A DNA stretch of 52,563 nt from NCBI GenBank assembly GCA_050183395.1, contig JBFXBJ010000001.1, positions 1-52,563 on the forward strand, read 5' to 3'. The position numbers and the translations under genes are program-made. Numbering within the stretch: the stretch's first letter is position 1; each line of letters starts with the position of its first letter. This document shows positions 1-8,760 of this stretch, in pieces. This DNA is from Planctomycetaceae bacterium. GTDB taxonomy: Bacteria; Planctomycetota; Planctomycetia; Planctomycetales; Planctomycetaceae. A model generated the notes under the pieces. The model was not told where the DNA came from and searched no databases. It saw only the letters and a program-made list of their open reading frames with translations.

Positions 1-437
1 TGGCGCGGCGGAGCATCTACCGGTTAGTGAAGCGGAACCTGCAGCCGCCGATGTTCGCGGCATTCGATGCGCCGGACACGCTCGCGCCGTGCGCCCGCCG
101 CAATCAGAGCACGCACGCCGGGCAGGCGCTGATCCTCCTGAACAGCCCGTTCATGGAGGGGCAAGCCGCCGTACTGGCGGAGCGGCTCGTTCGCGAAGTC
201 GGAGTGACTTCGGCCGAACGGGACGATTTCACTTCGTACGTCACGAAGGTTTACGAATGGGTGTTGTCCCGCGCACCGGAGGAAATTGAAGCGCGGAAGG
301 GTGCTGAGTTCATCAAATCGCAAACAAAACTCATCGCCGACGACGACGTGAACCTCCCGGCGCCAAAGGTTCTCAAGATGGCGCTGGAAGACTTTTGTCT
401 CGCGGCGCTCAACTTGGACGAGTTTCTGTTCTATTGA
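1..437 (+). CDS. C-terminal fragment of a DUF1553 (PSD1) family protein, 5' end cut by the window edge
   Basis: The frame stays open to the window start (reads RRSIYRLVKRNLQPPMFAAFDAPDT...). It matches the C-terminal RRSIY...FDAPD...LNLNEFLY pattern of the full-length paralogue at 14174-16906 and ends LNLDEFLFY. A DUF1501 gene follows, which is the usual pairing. Confidence 0.85.
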   Translation, partial: ARRSIYRLVKRNLQPPMFAAFDAPDTLAPCARRNQSTHAGQALILLNSPFMEGQAAVLAERLVREVGVTSAERDDFTSYVTKVYEWVLSRAPEEIEARKGAEFIKSQTKLIADDDVNLPAPKVLKMALEDFCLAALNLDEFLFY

Positions 438-582
438 CGTCTGAGAATGAACGGTCTGCCAATCTGGAGGTTGTGTCTCGCCCATCAGAGCCGCGACCGG
501 CCGCTCCGCCCCCGAGGCCGTCGATGTCGAGATCACAAGTGACAACGGACACGTCTGCGGTACGGCCGGGGAACCACATCTG

Positions 583-2058
583 ATGAACATGAGTGAACCC
601 GATCACGACCTTGTCGATGCGACAGGGTGCTCCTGCTCCGGGCACTCCCGGCGGCGTTTCTTGTCGGAGAACGCCTTGGGACTGGGATCGGTCGCACTCG
701 CCTCGCTGATGGCACGGGACGGTCTGCTGCGCCCCGCCGTGGCCGGGACGCCGGTTGCGAATCCGCTCGCCGGAACTCCAGCCGATGTACGGCCGCGGGC
801 CAGGTCGGTCATCTTCCTATTCATGACCGGCGGCCCGAGTCAGATGGAGACGTTCGACCCCAAGCCGGAGTTGAACCGGCTGCACGGTCAGCCGGTCCCG
901 GCGAGTTTTGGGAAGATCACGACACAGCAAACGACCGAAGCGTCGCTCCTGCTGGGATGCAAGCGGACGTTCCGCCAACACGGCGAATCGGGCCTCGAGA
1001 TGTCCGATCTGTTCCCGTACCTGTCGGCTTGTGCGGACGATCTGGCGGTCATCCGCTCCTGCCACGGGGACAGCGTCGTGCACGCGCCGGCCATGTATCA
1101 GATGAACACGGGCCGCATTCTCATGGGGCATCCCAGTCTGGGATCGTGGGCGGTCTACGGTCTGGGGAGCGAGTCGGACGGCCTGCCGGCGTTCGTCGTG
1201 ATGCTCGATCCGGACGGTGCACTGACCGGGGGACCTCCCTGTTGGGGTTCCGGGTTCCTGCCGCCCGCGTATCAGGGGACGCTGTTCCAGTCCGGTCCGG
1301 TGCCGATTCCGCATCTGGCGTCCTCGACCGGCCGCAGCGCCGCGCGGCAGCGGCGGAGCCTCGATCTGCTGCGGCAACTCAACGACGGGTCGGACCGGTT
1401 GGAGCCGTCACTGGCGGAAGCGCGGGCCGCGTCGTATGAACTCGCGTTCCGCATGCAGAGCCGCGCCCCCGAAGCGGTCGATCTGTCTCAAGAGACGGCG
1501 GAGACGCACCGCCTGTACGGTTGCGACCGGGAACCGACGGCCGAGTTCGGCCGTCGCTGCCTGCTCGCCCGCCGGTTGGTCGAACGGGGCGTACGGTTCG
1601 TCCAGCTCTATCACGGCGGCGGACCGGGCGACATGACCTGGGACGCGCACGGCGACATCGAGGAAAACCATCCCCGTATGGCCGGCCAATCCGATCAACC
1701 AATCGCAGCGCTGCTGACGGACCTCAAACGCCGCGGCCTGTTGGAAGACACGCTGGTGATCTGCGGCGGCGAGTTCGGGCGGACGCCCATGTCGCAGGGG
1801 AAGACCGGCCGCGATCACAATCCGTTCGGCTTTACGATGTGGATGGCGGGCGGCGGGGTCCCCGGCGGGCAGGCGATCGGCGCGACGGACGCGATCGGCC
1901 TGCGCGCCGTCGAGAAACCGTATCACGTGAACGATCTCCATGCGACGATTCTGCGGCTGCTCGGGCTCGACCACTGGAACCTGTCCGTCCTGCACAACGG
2001 CCGCGAGGAACGGCTGACCGACGCCGAAGGGAGTCCGATCCCGGAGATCACCGGCTAG
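583..2058 (+). CDS. DUF1501 domain protein (sulfatase-like fold) with a twin-arginine leader
   Basis: SRRRFL Tat-like motif, FLFMTGGPSQMETFDPKP motif, and C-terminal GGEFGRTP...GRDHN. The ATG at 583 has an alternative at 589. Confidence 0.9.
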   Translation: MNMSEPDHDLVDATGCSCSGHSRRRFLSENALGLGSVALASLMARDGLLRPAVAGTPVANPLAGTPADVRPRARSVIFLFMTGGPSQMETFDPKPELNRLHGQPVPASFGKITTQQTTEASLLLGCKRTFRQHGESGLEMSDLFPYLSACADDLAVIRSCHGDSVVHAPAMYQMNTGRILMGHPSLGSWAVYGLGSESDGLPAFVVMLDPDGALTGGPPCWGSGFLPPAYQGTLFQSGPVPIPHLASSTGRSAARQRRSLDLLRQLNDGSDRLEPSLAEARAASYELAFRMQSRAPEAVDLSQETAETHRLYGCDREPTAEFGRRCLLARRLVERGVRFVQLYHGGGPGDMTWDAHGDIEENHPRMAGQSDQPIAALLTDLKRRGLLEDTLVICGGEFGRTPMSQGKTGRDHNPFGFTMWMAGGGVPGGQAIGATDAIGLRAVEKPYHVNDLHATILRLLGLDHWNLSVLHNGREERLTDAEGSPIPEITG

Positions 2059-2244
2059 TGCCGACGGCACTTATGTGTAGCGGCGTTTGGTCGCGAATCG
2101 GTCGACGTTTGCTGATTGATTCGCCGCCAGAACCGCTACACTTATTCCGTACCCGCAATAAGGAGCGGTGGGAGACCTTTCACTCGTTCCCTCACGCTGT
2201 TTGGGAACGAGATTGATCTTCACTGATTGCAGACGGGTCATCCG

Positions 2245-3657
2245 ATGAGACTCTACACAGCACCGGCCAGTTTGCGGGATGCGGTGACGCGGCGGGAGAT
2301 GCTGCGCGTCGCCGGCGCCGGTCTGGCGGGACTGTCGTTGCCGTCGCTGCTCCAGGCGGAGGCGGCGGCAGGGCCTTTGGCGCATTCGCCGGCCGCCCGC
2401 AACTGCATCTACATCTCGATGATGGGAGGGCCCGCGCAACAGGACCTGTGGGACCTGAAGCCGGACGCCCCCGACGGCATCCGCGGTCCCTACCGGCCGA
2501 TTCCCACGAACGTGCCGGGGATCGAGATCTCCGATCAGATTCCGCTGTGGGCGAACTGTGCCGACAAATACACGATCGTGCGGTCGCTCTCGCACGGATC
2601 GACCGATCACAATGCGTCCATCGCCTACATGCACATGGGACGGCCTCGCGTGCGTTCCGGTGAAGTCCCCCCGGCAGCAGACGACCATCCCAGTTACGGC
2701 CCGACGCTCCAGAAAGTTTTGGGGGCGCCGGGACAGCTGCCGGCGACGGTGATGCTCCCGCGGCCGATGGGGGGGACTGGCGGGCTGTACAAAGGACCGT
2801 GGTCCGGATTCCTGGGACCGGGCTATGAACCGTTTGTGCTGAGTCAATCGGGGAGCACCGACGACTTCCAAGAGTTCGCGCTGCGGGTGCTCGATCTTCC
2901 CCAAGGCGTCGACGGCGAGCGACTGGAGCTCCGCCGCCGGTTGCTGGCCGGCATTGACGCCCGCTCCGCTGCGGCATCAGCGGATTCATTGCGAATCAAT
3001 GAGTTCTATGACAAGGCGTACGACCTGTTGGGAGGCGCAGCGAAGTCGGCGTTCGATCTCCGGCAGGAGCCGGACTCGCTCCGCGCGCGTTATGGCCGCA
3101 ATGAATACGGGCAGTCGTTCCTGTTGGCGCGGCGGCTGATCGAAGCGGGTGTGCGGCTGGTGAACATCGTGTGGACCTACTGGGGCGCCGACGGTTGCCA
3201 TTTCAACATCTGGGACAATCACGGCGTCGACGGCGCATGCACCTGTACGACCGGAAACGGGTTTAAGACGTTTGAGCGGGACTGCTGCTGTCCCTCGCTG
3301 AACCGGGCGTTTCCCGCCTTGATTCAGGACTTGGACGAGCGGGGCCTGCTCGACGAAACCTTGGTGGTACTGGCCGGGGAGTTCGGCCGCACGCCGCAGA
3401 TCAACCGCAACCCCGGACGCGACCACTGGGGCGAGGCGTTCTCGGCCATACTCGCGGGAGGCGGCGTGCGGGGCGGACAGGTTTACGGGGCGACCGACCG
3501 CAATGCGGGCTACGTCACCGAACACCCGGTGACGCCGGGGGACTTCGCCGCTACCATTTATCATGCGTTCGGGCTGAATCCCGGGACCGCGATTTACGAT
3601 CAGACCAATCGCCCGACCCGCATCGCCGAGGGCCAGCCGGTCCTCGACTTGTTTTGA
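2245..3657 (+). CDS. DUF1501 domain protein, second tandem paralogue, with a Cys-rich insertion
   Basis: TRREML Tat-like leader, MMGGPAQQDLWDLKPDAP, and GEFGRTPQ...GRDHW. The ORF track opens at TTG 2227; the first ATG is at 2245. Confidence 0.85.
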   Translation: MRLYTAPASLRDAVTRREMLRVAGAGLAGLSLPSLLQAEAAAGPLAHSPAARNCIYISMMGGPAQQDLWDLKPDAPDGIRGPYRPIPTNVPGIEISDQIPLWANCADKYTIVRSLSHGSTDHNASIAYMHMGRPRVRSGEVPPAADDHPSYGPTLQKVLGAPGQLPATVMLPRPMGGTGGLYKGPWSGFLGPGYEPFVLSQSGSTDDFQEFALRVLDLPQGVDGERLELRRRLLAGIDARSAAASADSLRINEFYDKAYDLLGGAAKSAFDLRQEPDSLRARYGRNEYGQSFLLARRLIEAGVRLVNIVWTYWGADGCHFNIWDNHGVDGACTCTTGNGFKTFERDCCCPSLNRAFPALIQDLDERGLLDETLVVLAGEFGRTPQINRNPGRDHWGEAFSAILAGGGVRGGQVYGATDRNAGYVTEHPVTPGDFAATIYHAFGLNPGTAIYDQTNRPTRIAEGQPVLDLF

Positions 3658-3714
3658 CGGAGGTTTCCGAGTTGAGCGACCGTTCGCAGAACGGTCGGAG
3701 CGTGGGCACAATCC

Positions 3715-3969
3715 ATGTTTGGCCGCCACAAGAATCCCGACCGGTTCCGCTGGGTTCCGCCGCCGATTTGCATCGTCGGCGTGCTGCTGTTCTACATCCT
3801 GAGCAGCGGCCCGTTGAGCTGGCTGGTGGCCAAAGGCATCGTCGTGCCCGATACGGTCCTGTGGGAAGTCGTCACCTATGTCTATCTGCCACTCGATTGG
3901 GTCGCCGAAGTCTCCCCCCCCTTCCTGAGCTTCGTCATCTGGTACGAAGAGCTGTTCTGGAACCTCTGA
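3715..3969 (+). CDS. small hypothetical membrane protein (84 aa)
   Basis: ATG-initiated ORF with two hydrophobic segments (ICIVGVLLFYILSSGPLSWLV and VVTYVYLPLDWV). It sits in an otherwise unoccupied gap. I recognise no family. Confidence 0.5.
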   Translation: MFGRHKNPDRFRWVPPPICIVGVLLFYILSSGPLSWLVAKGIVVPDTVLWEVVTYVYLPLDWVAEVSPPFLSFVIWYEELFWNL

Positions 3970-4201
3970 GTCCAGAGTTGACAGTCCAGTGTTGAGAGCG
4001 GAGGGTTGCTTCTGATGATGGCGCGATCGTGGGACCGTGTCGCGCAACAGGCCGCACGTCCCCTCCAATTCACTCAGAACGAGAAACGAAAGCGGTACGG
4101 CCTGTTGCTGGGCAGCGTGGCATTCGTTCTCCGGTGCGCTCGGCCCAGTGTCCGAATGATTGTGGGTGCCGCGCCGGATGAGACTGCGGTATGCTGGTTC
4201 C

Positions 4202-5572
4202 ATGTCCGCAGCGGAGCCATCCAGTGCGTTGAGTGACGACGCCGTCGCCATCTGGCGGGCGGGAGTGTGCGCTGTCGATGCCGAGCGGCTCGTCCGCTCG
4301 GTCGTGCACGTGGATGACGGTCTGCTGTCGATTGCCGGGGTCGCGTTGCCGATCGTCGACATCCATCGGCTCGCCGTCGTTGGCGCCGGCAAGGCGGGAG
4401 CGGGGATGGCGGCGGGGTTGGAACAGGCCCTGGGGCCCGAGATTCCTTGCGAAAAGGTAACCGGCTGGGTCAACGTGCCTGCGGACTGCGTCCGGCCGCT
4501 GGGAAGGATTCACCTCCATGCCGCGCGGCCCGCCGGAGTCAATGAGCCGACGCCGGACGGCGTCGCCGGCGCGGAGCAGATTCTGCAGATCGTTTCGGAC
4601 TTGGAGCCGGCCGATGTTTGCGTGGTGCTCCTGTCCGGAGGAGGGAGTGCATTGCTGCCGGCGCCGGCGCTGGGAGTGACGCTGGATGACAAGCAACGGA
4701 TTACACGGCTCCTGATGCAGGCGGGGGCCCGCATCGATGAGCTCAACTGCGTTCGCAAGCACCTGTCGCGAATCAAGGGAGGGCGGCTCGCGCGGGCCTG
4801 CCGCGCGGGGCAATTGATCACGCTCGTTATCTCGGATGTGATTGGCGACCCGTTGGACGTCATCGCTTCGGGTCCCACGGTCGAGGATCCGACGACGGCG
4901 GCGGACGCGCTCCAAGTGCTGCGGAAGTACGCGGCTCGCATGCCGCTGTTGCCGCCGAACGTCACCCCGTTTCTGGAGCAAGCGGCTCACGGTGAAGCAA
5001 GTGTTCCAGGGCCGGGTGTCGAACCGGTCCCGAAGGTCTCGCACGCCGTGATTGGGAACATCGACGTGGCTCTGCGTGCTGCCGGGGAGGAAGCTCGTCG
5101 GCGGGGGTACCCGGTACATTCACTGGGCGGTCGGAATGCGGGAGTCGCCCGCGAGGTCGGCGCGGCTTTGGCGGAGCAATGCCTGGCGGCTCGCTCATCT
5201 GGGGACGTACCGCGGTGCCTGCTCAGTGGAGGCGAGCCGATTGTGGAATTGACAGTCACCGATCGTCCCCGCTCCGGCGGGCGGAATCAGGAACTCGTCC
5301 TTGCCGCGGCCGACCGTTTGTGGAACGAAGACCCGGCCGGGATCGTGATTCTGTCCGGCGGAACCGACGGGGAGGACGGGCCGACCGATGCCGCCGGAGC
5401 GTGGATCGACGCGGCGGTCTTGAACCGCGCCCGCCGCCGCGGGATCCACCCGGCGGACGACCTCGCGTTCAACAACTCGTATGCGTTCTTCGCACAGGCG
5501 GGCGGCCATCTCAAGACCGGTCCGACCCACACGAATGTGATGGATCTGCGGGTTTGTCTCGTCAAACCTTAA
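4202..5572 (+). CDS. glycerate kinase / hydroxypyruvate reductase-like protein (DUF4147 + MOFRL domains)
   Basis: Motifs [47 protein letters not shown] and [11 protein letters not shown]. The start is uncertain (ATG 4178 or 4202, TTG 4160). Confidence 0.85.
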   Translation: MSAAEPSSALSDDAVAIWRAGVCAVDAERLVRSVVHVDDGLLSIAGVALPIVDIHRLAVVGAGKAGAGMAAGLEQALGPEIPCEKVTGWVNVPADCVRPLGRIHLHAARPAGVNEPTPDGVAGAEQILQIVSDLEPADVCVVLLSGGGSALLPAPALGVTLDDKQRITRLLMQAGARIDELNCVRKHLSRIKGGRLARACRAGQLITLVISDVIGDPLDVIASGPTVEDPTTAADALQVLRKYAARMPLLPPNVTPFLEQAAHGEASVPGPGVEPVPKVSHAVIGNIDVALRAAGEEARRRGYPVHSLGGRNAGVAREVGAALAEQCLAARSSGDVPRCLLSGGEPIVELTVTDRPRSGGRNQELVLAAADRLWNEDPAGIVILSGGTDGEDGPTDAAGAWIDAAVLNRARRRGIHPADDLAFNNSYAFFAQAGGHLKTGPTHTNVMDLRVCLVKP

Positions 5573-5807
5573 CGTGTTGACGTCCCGTTGCAGCCTCCGG
5601 GCTGCTCCGCAGCCGCCGGGAGTTGCTGCCGTCGAAGTCCATGGCTGTACCTCGGAGCGAAGTCCGGGCCGTCGTAGAATTTGCAAACAGCGATGTCCCT
5701 TCTACAATGAGCACGCCGTCAAACTCTGCGGCTTCCAATTGTCCGGAACTTGCCGCTCGATCGATTCCTCGCGACGGATGGGTCCAGCGGAAACGGGGAG
5801 GTATGCT

Positions 5808-6776
5808 GTGCTGCTTGCTCAAGATGCTCCATCCCTCGGTGTGGTGGCGACGTGGATCGTAATCGGCTTTTTGGTGCTGGTCGGCATGATCTTCGCCGTC
5901 ATGTTTGCGGCGTACTTCAAGTTGTGGCTCCGGGGTTTTGTCACCGGCGCGCGCATCAGCCCGCCGGCGCTGGTCTTCATGAAGCTCCGCAAAGTGAATC
6001 CGCATGTGATTGTGGACACGAAGATCTGGAGTGTGCAGGCCGGCCTCCCGTACCTGGCGACATCGGCACTCGAAGCGCATTACCTCGCCGGAGGCAACGT
6101 CCAGCGAGTCGTGCGCGCCCTGATCGCCGCACATCGCGCGAATATCGAACTGGACTGGGACACGGCGGCGGCGATCGATCTCGCCGGCCGAAATATCATC
6201 GAAGCCGTGCAGACCAGCGTGGACCCCAAGGTCATCGACTGTCCCGACGTGCGGCGGCACGGACGTTCCACGCTCGACGGCGTGGCTCGGGACGGCATTC
6301 AGTTGAAGGCCCGGGCGCGGGTCACGGTGCGGACGAATTTGAGCCAGCTGGTCGGCGGAGCCACGGAGGATACGATCATCGCGCGTGTGGGGGAGGGGAT
6401 CGTCTCGGCGATCGGTTCGAGTATCTCGCACAAGTCGGTGCTGGCGAATCCGATGCTGATCGCGCAGGCCGTGATGGCCAAGGGACTGGACTCGCAGACG
6501 GCGTATGAGATCGTTTCAATCGACATTGCCGACATTGACGTTGGCGACAACGTCGGCGCACGGTTGCAGGCGGATCAGGCGGAAGCCGATGTCCGCGTGG
6601 CCCGCGCACGGGCCGAACAGCGGCGGGCGGAGGCGGTCGCTCACGAACAACAGATGCAGGCGCTCACCCAGGAAAACCGCGCCAAAGTCGTGCTGGCCGA
6701 AGCGGAAATCCCCAAGGCGATGGCGGACGCCTTCCGCATGGGGAACCTCCGTTCGGCGAACGGCCATCCGGGATGA
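5808..6776 (+). CDS. floA: flotillin-like protein FloA (UPF0365/YqfA family)
   Basis: N-terminal TM helix followed by the [15 protein letters not shown]...[42 protein letters not shown] pattern, then a charged coiled C-terminus. GTG 5808 is preceded by GGGGAGG at 5795-5801; an in-frame ATG lies at 5778. Confidence 0.85.
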   Translation: MLLAQDAPSLGVVATWIVIGFLVLVGMIFAVMFAAYFKLWLRGFVTGARISPPALVFMKLRKVNPHVIVDTKIWSVQAGLPYLATSALEAHYLAGGNVQRVVRALIAAHRANIELDWDTAAAIDLAGRNIIEAVQTSVDPKVIDCPDVRRHGRSTLDGVARDGIQLKARARVTVRTNLSQLVGGATEDTIIARVGEGIVSAIGSSISHKSVLANPMLIAQAVMAKGLDSQTAYEIVSIDIADIDVGDNVGARLQADQAEADVRVARARAEQRRAEAVAHEQQMQALTQENRAKVVLAEAEIPKAMADAFRMGNLRSANGHPG

Positions 6777-7138
6777 GGCATCGTGGCACGCAAAATGCTT
6801 ATGCCGAGCCTGATCGAACAATCGAGGGTCGCTGTGCCGGCTCGCATGAGCCGGGAATCGTATCGTGGATCTTGACTCCACGCCGCCACCGATGGCCACG
6901 GTCTCCCGACTGTGCCGGTTGCAGGGAGGCGACGTCGATCGGCGAAGTTTGCCGGACGGTTGATTCGATGAAGAGGAAATGGAGCACGGCAAGGGCAATG
7001 GTCCGCGACGACGCACTGGCGCCGGGGCTTGCTCGACGACAGGCTGGTGCGGCCTCATGAAGGGCCCGCGACAATTGAGAATCCGAACCGGGTTGAGTAC
7101 GATTCGAGCACGCTGACGGAACGCGGCCGAGTTTCCCG

Positions 7139-7384
7139 ATGACTCGCCCTTTGTCATCCCGAGAGTCAGACGCCATGCGCGAGAATATCACGATTGAATT
7201 GGATCCGCAGCAAAGGAACTATTTGTTAGCGGGGTTGCGGTACGTGCGCAGTTCCATTGCGCTGGAAATCGTGGACTGGTCCGAAGAGGTCGAGCACCGG
7301 CGCCAGTCGCAATATGGCGACCTGGACTCCCTGGAGGCTATCCTGAACGGTTCCTCCCGTGCGGAAAAGCCGGCCCGGGTGTGA
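7139..7384 (+). CDS. small hypothetical protein (81 aa; possibly 69 aa from ATG 7175)
   Basis: The ORF has a coding-like codon pattern and ends 37 nt before the KAS III-like gene on the same strand. I recognise no family. Confidence 0.45.
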   Translation: MTRPLSSRESDAMRENITIELDPQQRNYLLAGLRYVRSSIALEIVDWSEEVEHRRQSQYGDLDSLEAILNGSSRAEKPARV

Positions 7385-7420
7385 GTCCGACTCCCGTCCG
7401 GTCTGTGGTGACTTCGGCCG

Positions 7421-8473
7421 ATGCGATACCGACACGTCTGCATCGAAACCGTCTGTTGCCGGATTCCTCCGCATGTCGTGACGTCGGCGGAAATCGAAGC
7501 CCGCCTGCAGCCGGTCTACGACCGCCTGAATCTGCCGGCGGGACGCTTGGAGTTGATGACGGGCATCCGCGAACGCCGTTTCTTTGATCCGCACACCACG
7601 GTCGGTCAGGTCAGCGGCGAGACCGTCCGCGAGGCGATCGATGCGTCCGGTCTGGATCGGCGGAATTTCGGCGCTCTCGTTCACGGGTCGGTCTGTCGCG
7701 ATCAGATGGAGCCGGCGACCGCGTGCCGCGTGCATCACGCCGCAGGGCTGCCGGAGCACGCCCTCGTCCTGGATGTGAGCAACGCCTGCCTCGGCCTGCT
7801 GAATGGAATGATCATGCTGGCCGACAAGATCGAACTGGGACACATCCGGGCGGGAATTGTTGTCGGCACGGAGATCGGCCGGCCGCTCGTCGAAGGGACG
7901 ATCGATTCGCTTCTCCAGGCGCACGATTTGACACGTCAAAACATCAAACCGGCGTTCGCCTCCCTGACGATCGGCTCCGGCTCGGCTGCCGTGGTGCTGT
8001 GCGACCGCAAACTGAGCCGAACGGGAAACCGGCTGCGAGGGGCGGCGTATCTCGCAGAGACGTCACATCACCAGCTCTGCGCCGGGGGAGTGCAGACGTC
8101 GATCCACGGCGACGACCGGCCGCGCATGCAGACGGATGCGGAGGGGTTGTTGCAGGCCGGCGTCGCCATCGCCCGGCGCACCTGGCCTCTGTTCCTCGAA
8201 GCGGTCCAATGGACGGAGTGCGGCGTCCAAAAGACTTTCACCCATCAAGTGGGACGCGCGCACCGCAAGTTGCTGCTGGATGCCCTGGAACTCGATCCGG
8301 CGATCGATTTCCCGACGGTCGAGTTTTTGGGAAACACCGGGGCGGCCGCTCTCCCCACGGCGGCGGCTCTCGGAGCCCAGCGGGGCCATTTGTCTCCTGG
8401 CGACCGGGTCGCCTGGCTGGGAATCGGCAGCGGGCTGAACTGCCTGATGCTGGGAATCGACTGGAATGCCTGA
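7421..8473 (+). CDS. 3-oxoacyl-ACP synthase III (FabH/KAS III)-like condensing enzyme
   Basis: A Cys-His-Asn triad context is visible (VSNACLGLLNG, FTHQVG, LGNTGAAALP). The N-terminus reads ...VTSAEIEARL...GRLELMTGIRERRFF, typical of KAS III-like enzymes. Confidence 0.85.
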   Translation: MRYRHVCIETVCCRIPPHVVTSAEIEARLQPVYDRLNLPAGRLELMTGIRERRFFDPHTTVGQVSGETVREAIDASGLDRRNFGALVHGSVCRDQMEPATACRVHHAAGLPEHALVLDVSNACLGLLNGMIMLADKIELGHIRAGIVVGTEIGRPLVEGTIDSLLQAHDLTRQNIKPAFASLTIGSGSAAVVLCDRKLSRTGNRLRGAAYLAETSHHQLCAGGVQTSIHGDDRPRMQTDAEGLLQAGVAIARRTWPLFLEAVQWTECGVQKTFTHQVGRAHRKLLLDALELDPAIDFPTVEFLGNTGAAALPTAAALGAQRGHLSPGDRVAWLGIGSGLNCLMLGIDWNA

Positions 8474-8760
8474 CGGGGATGCTCCGGACACAGCGCTTTC
8501 CGCGCCCCCGCAAACTCTTCGCGGACCGATTCGACACCGCGATCGTGCAGCCCTTCGGGATTCGCAGCATTGTGGTGATCTCTGGGGAGCGGCAGGAGTT
8601 GCCGATGGTGTGGCGAAGTCGCCGTGCGGCGTGGGTCGATCAGAAAGCTGAGACCGGGAGCAGTTCCTGTTTCTCATAAGTCTTATTCGCGCCTGCTGAG
8701 TTTGGGCGTGAGCCGCATCTGGCCGACCGGAGAGGGCCGCTCCGGTGCACGAGAGCCCGC

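Noticed and set aside
6516-7157. ORFs filling the 360-nt gap between floA and the small ORF at 7139 (6516-7157 minus, 6773-7060 plus).
   Set aside because: The minus-strand ORF mostly overlaps floA antisense. Neither ORF has motifs, a plausible ribosome-binding site or coding-like composition. A 7-bp hairpin at 6837-6854 was also considered as a floA terminator, but it lacks a U-tract and is too weak to list.
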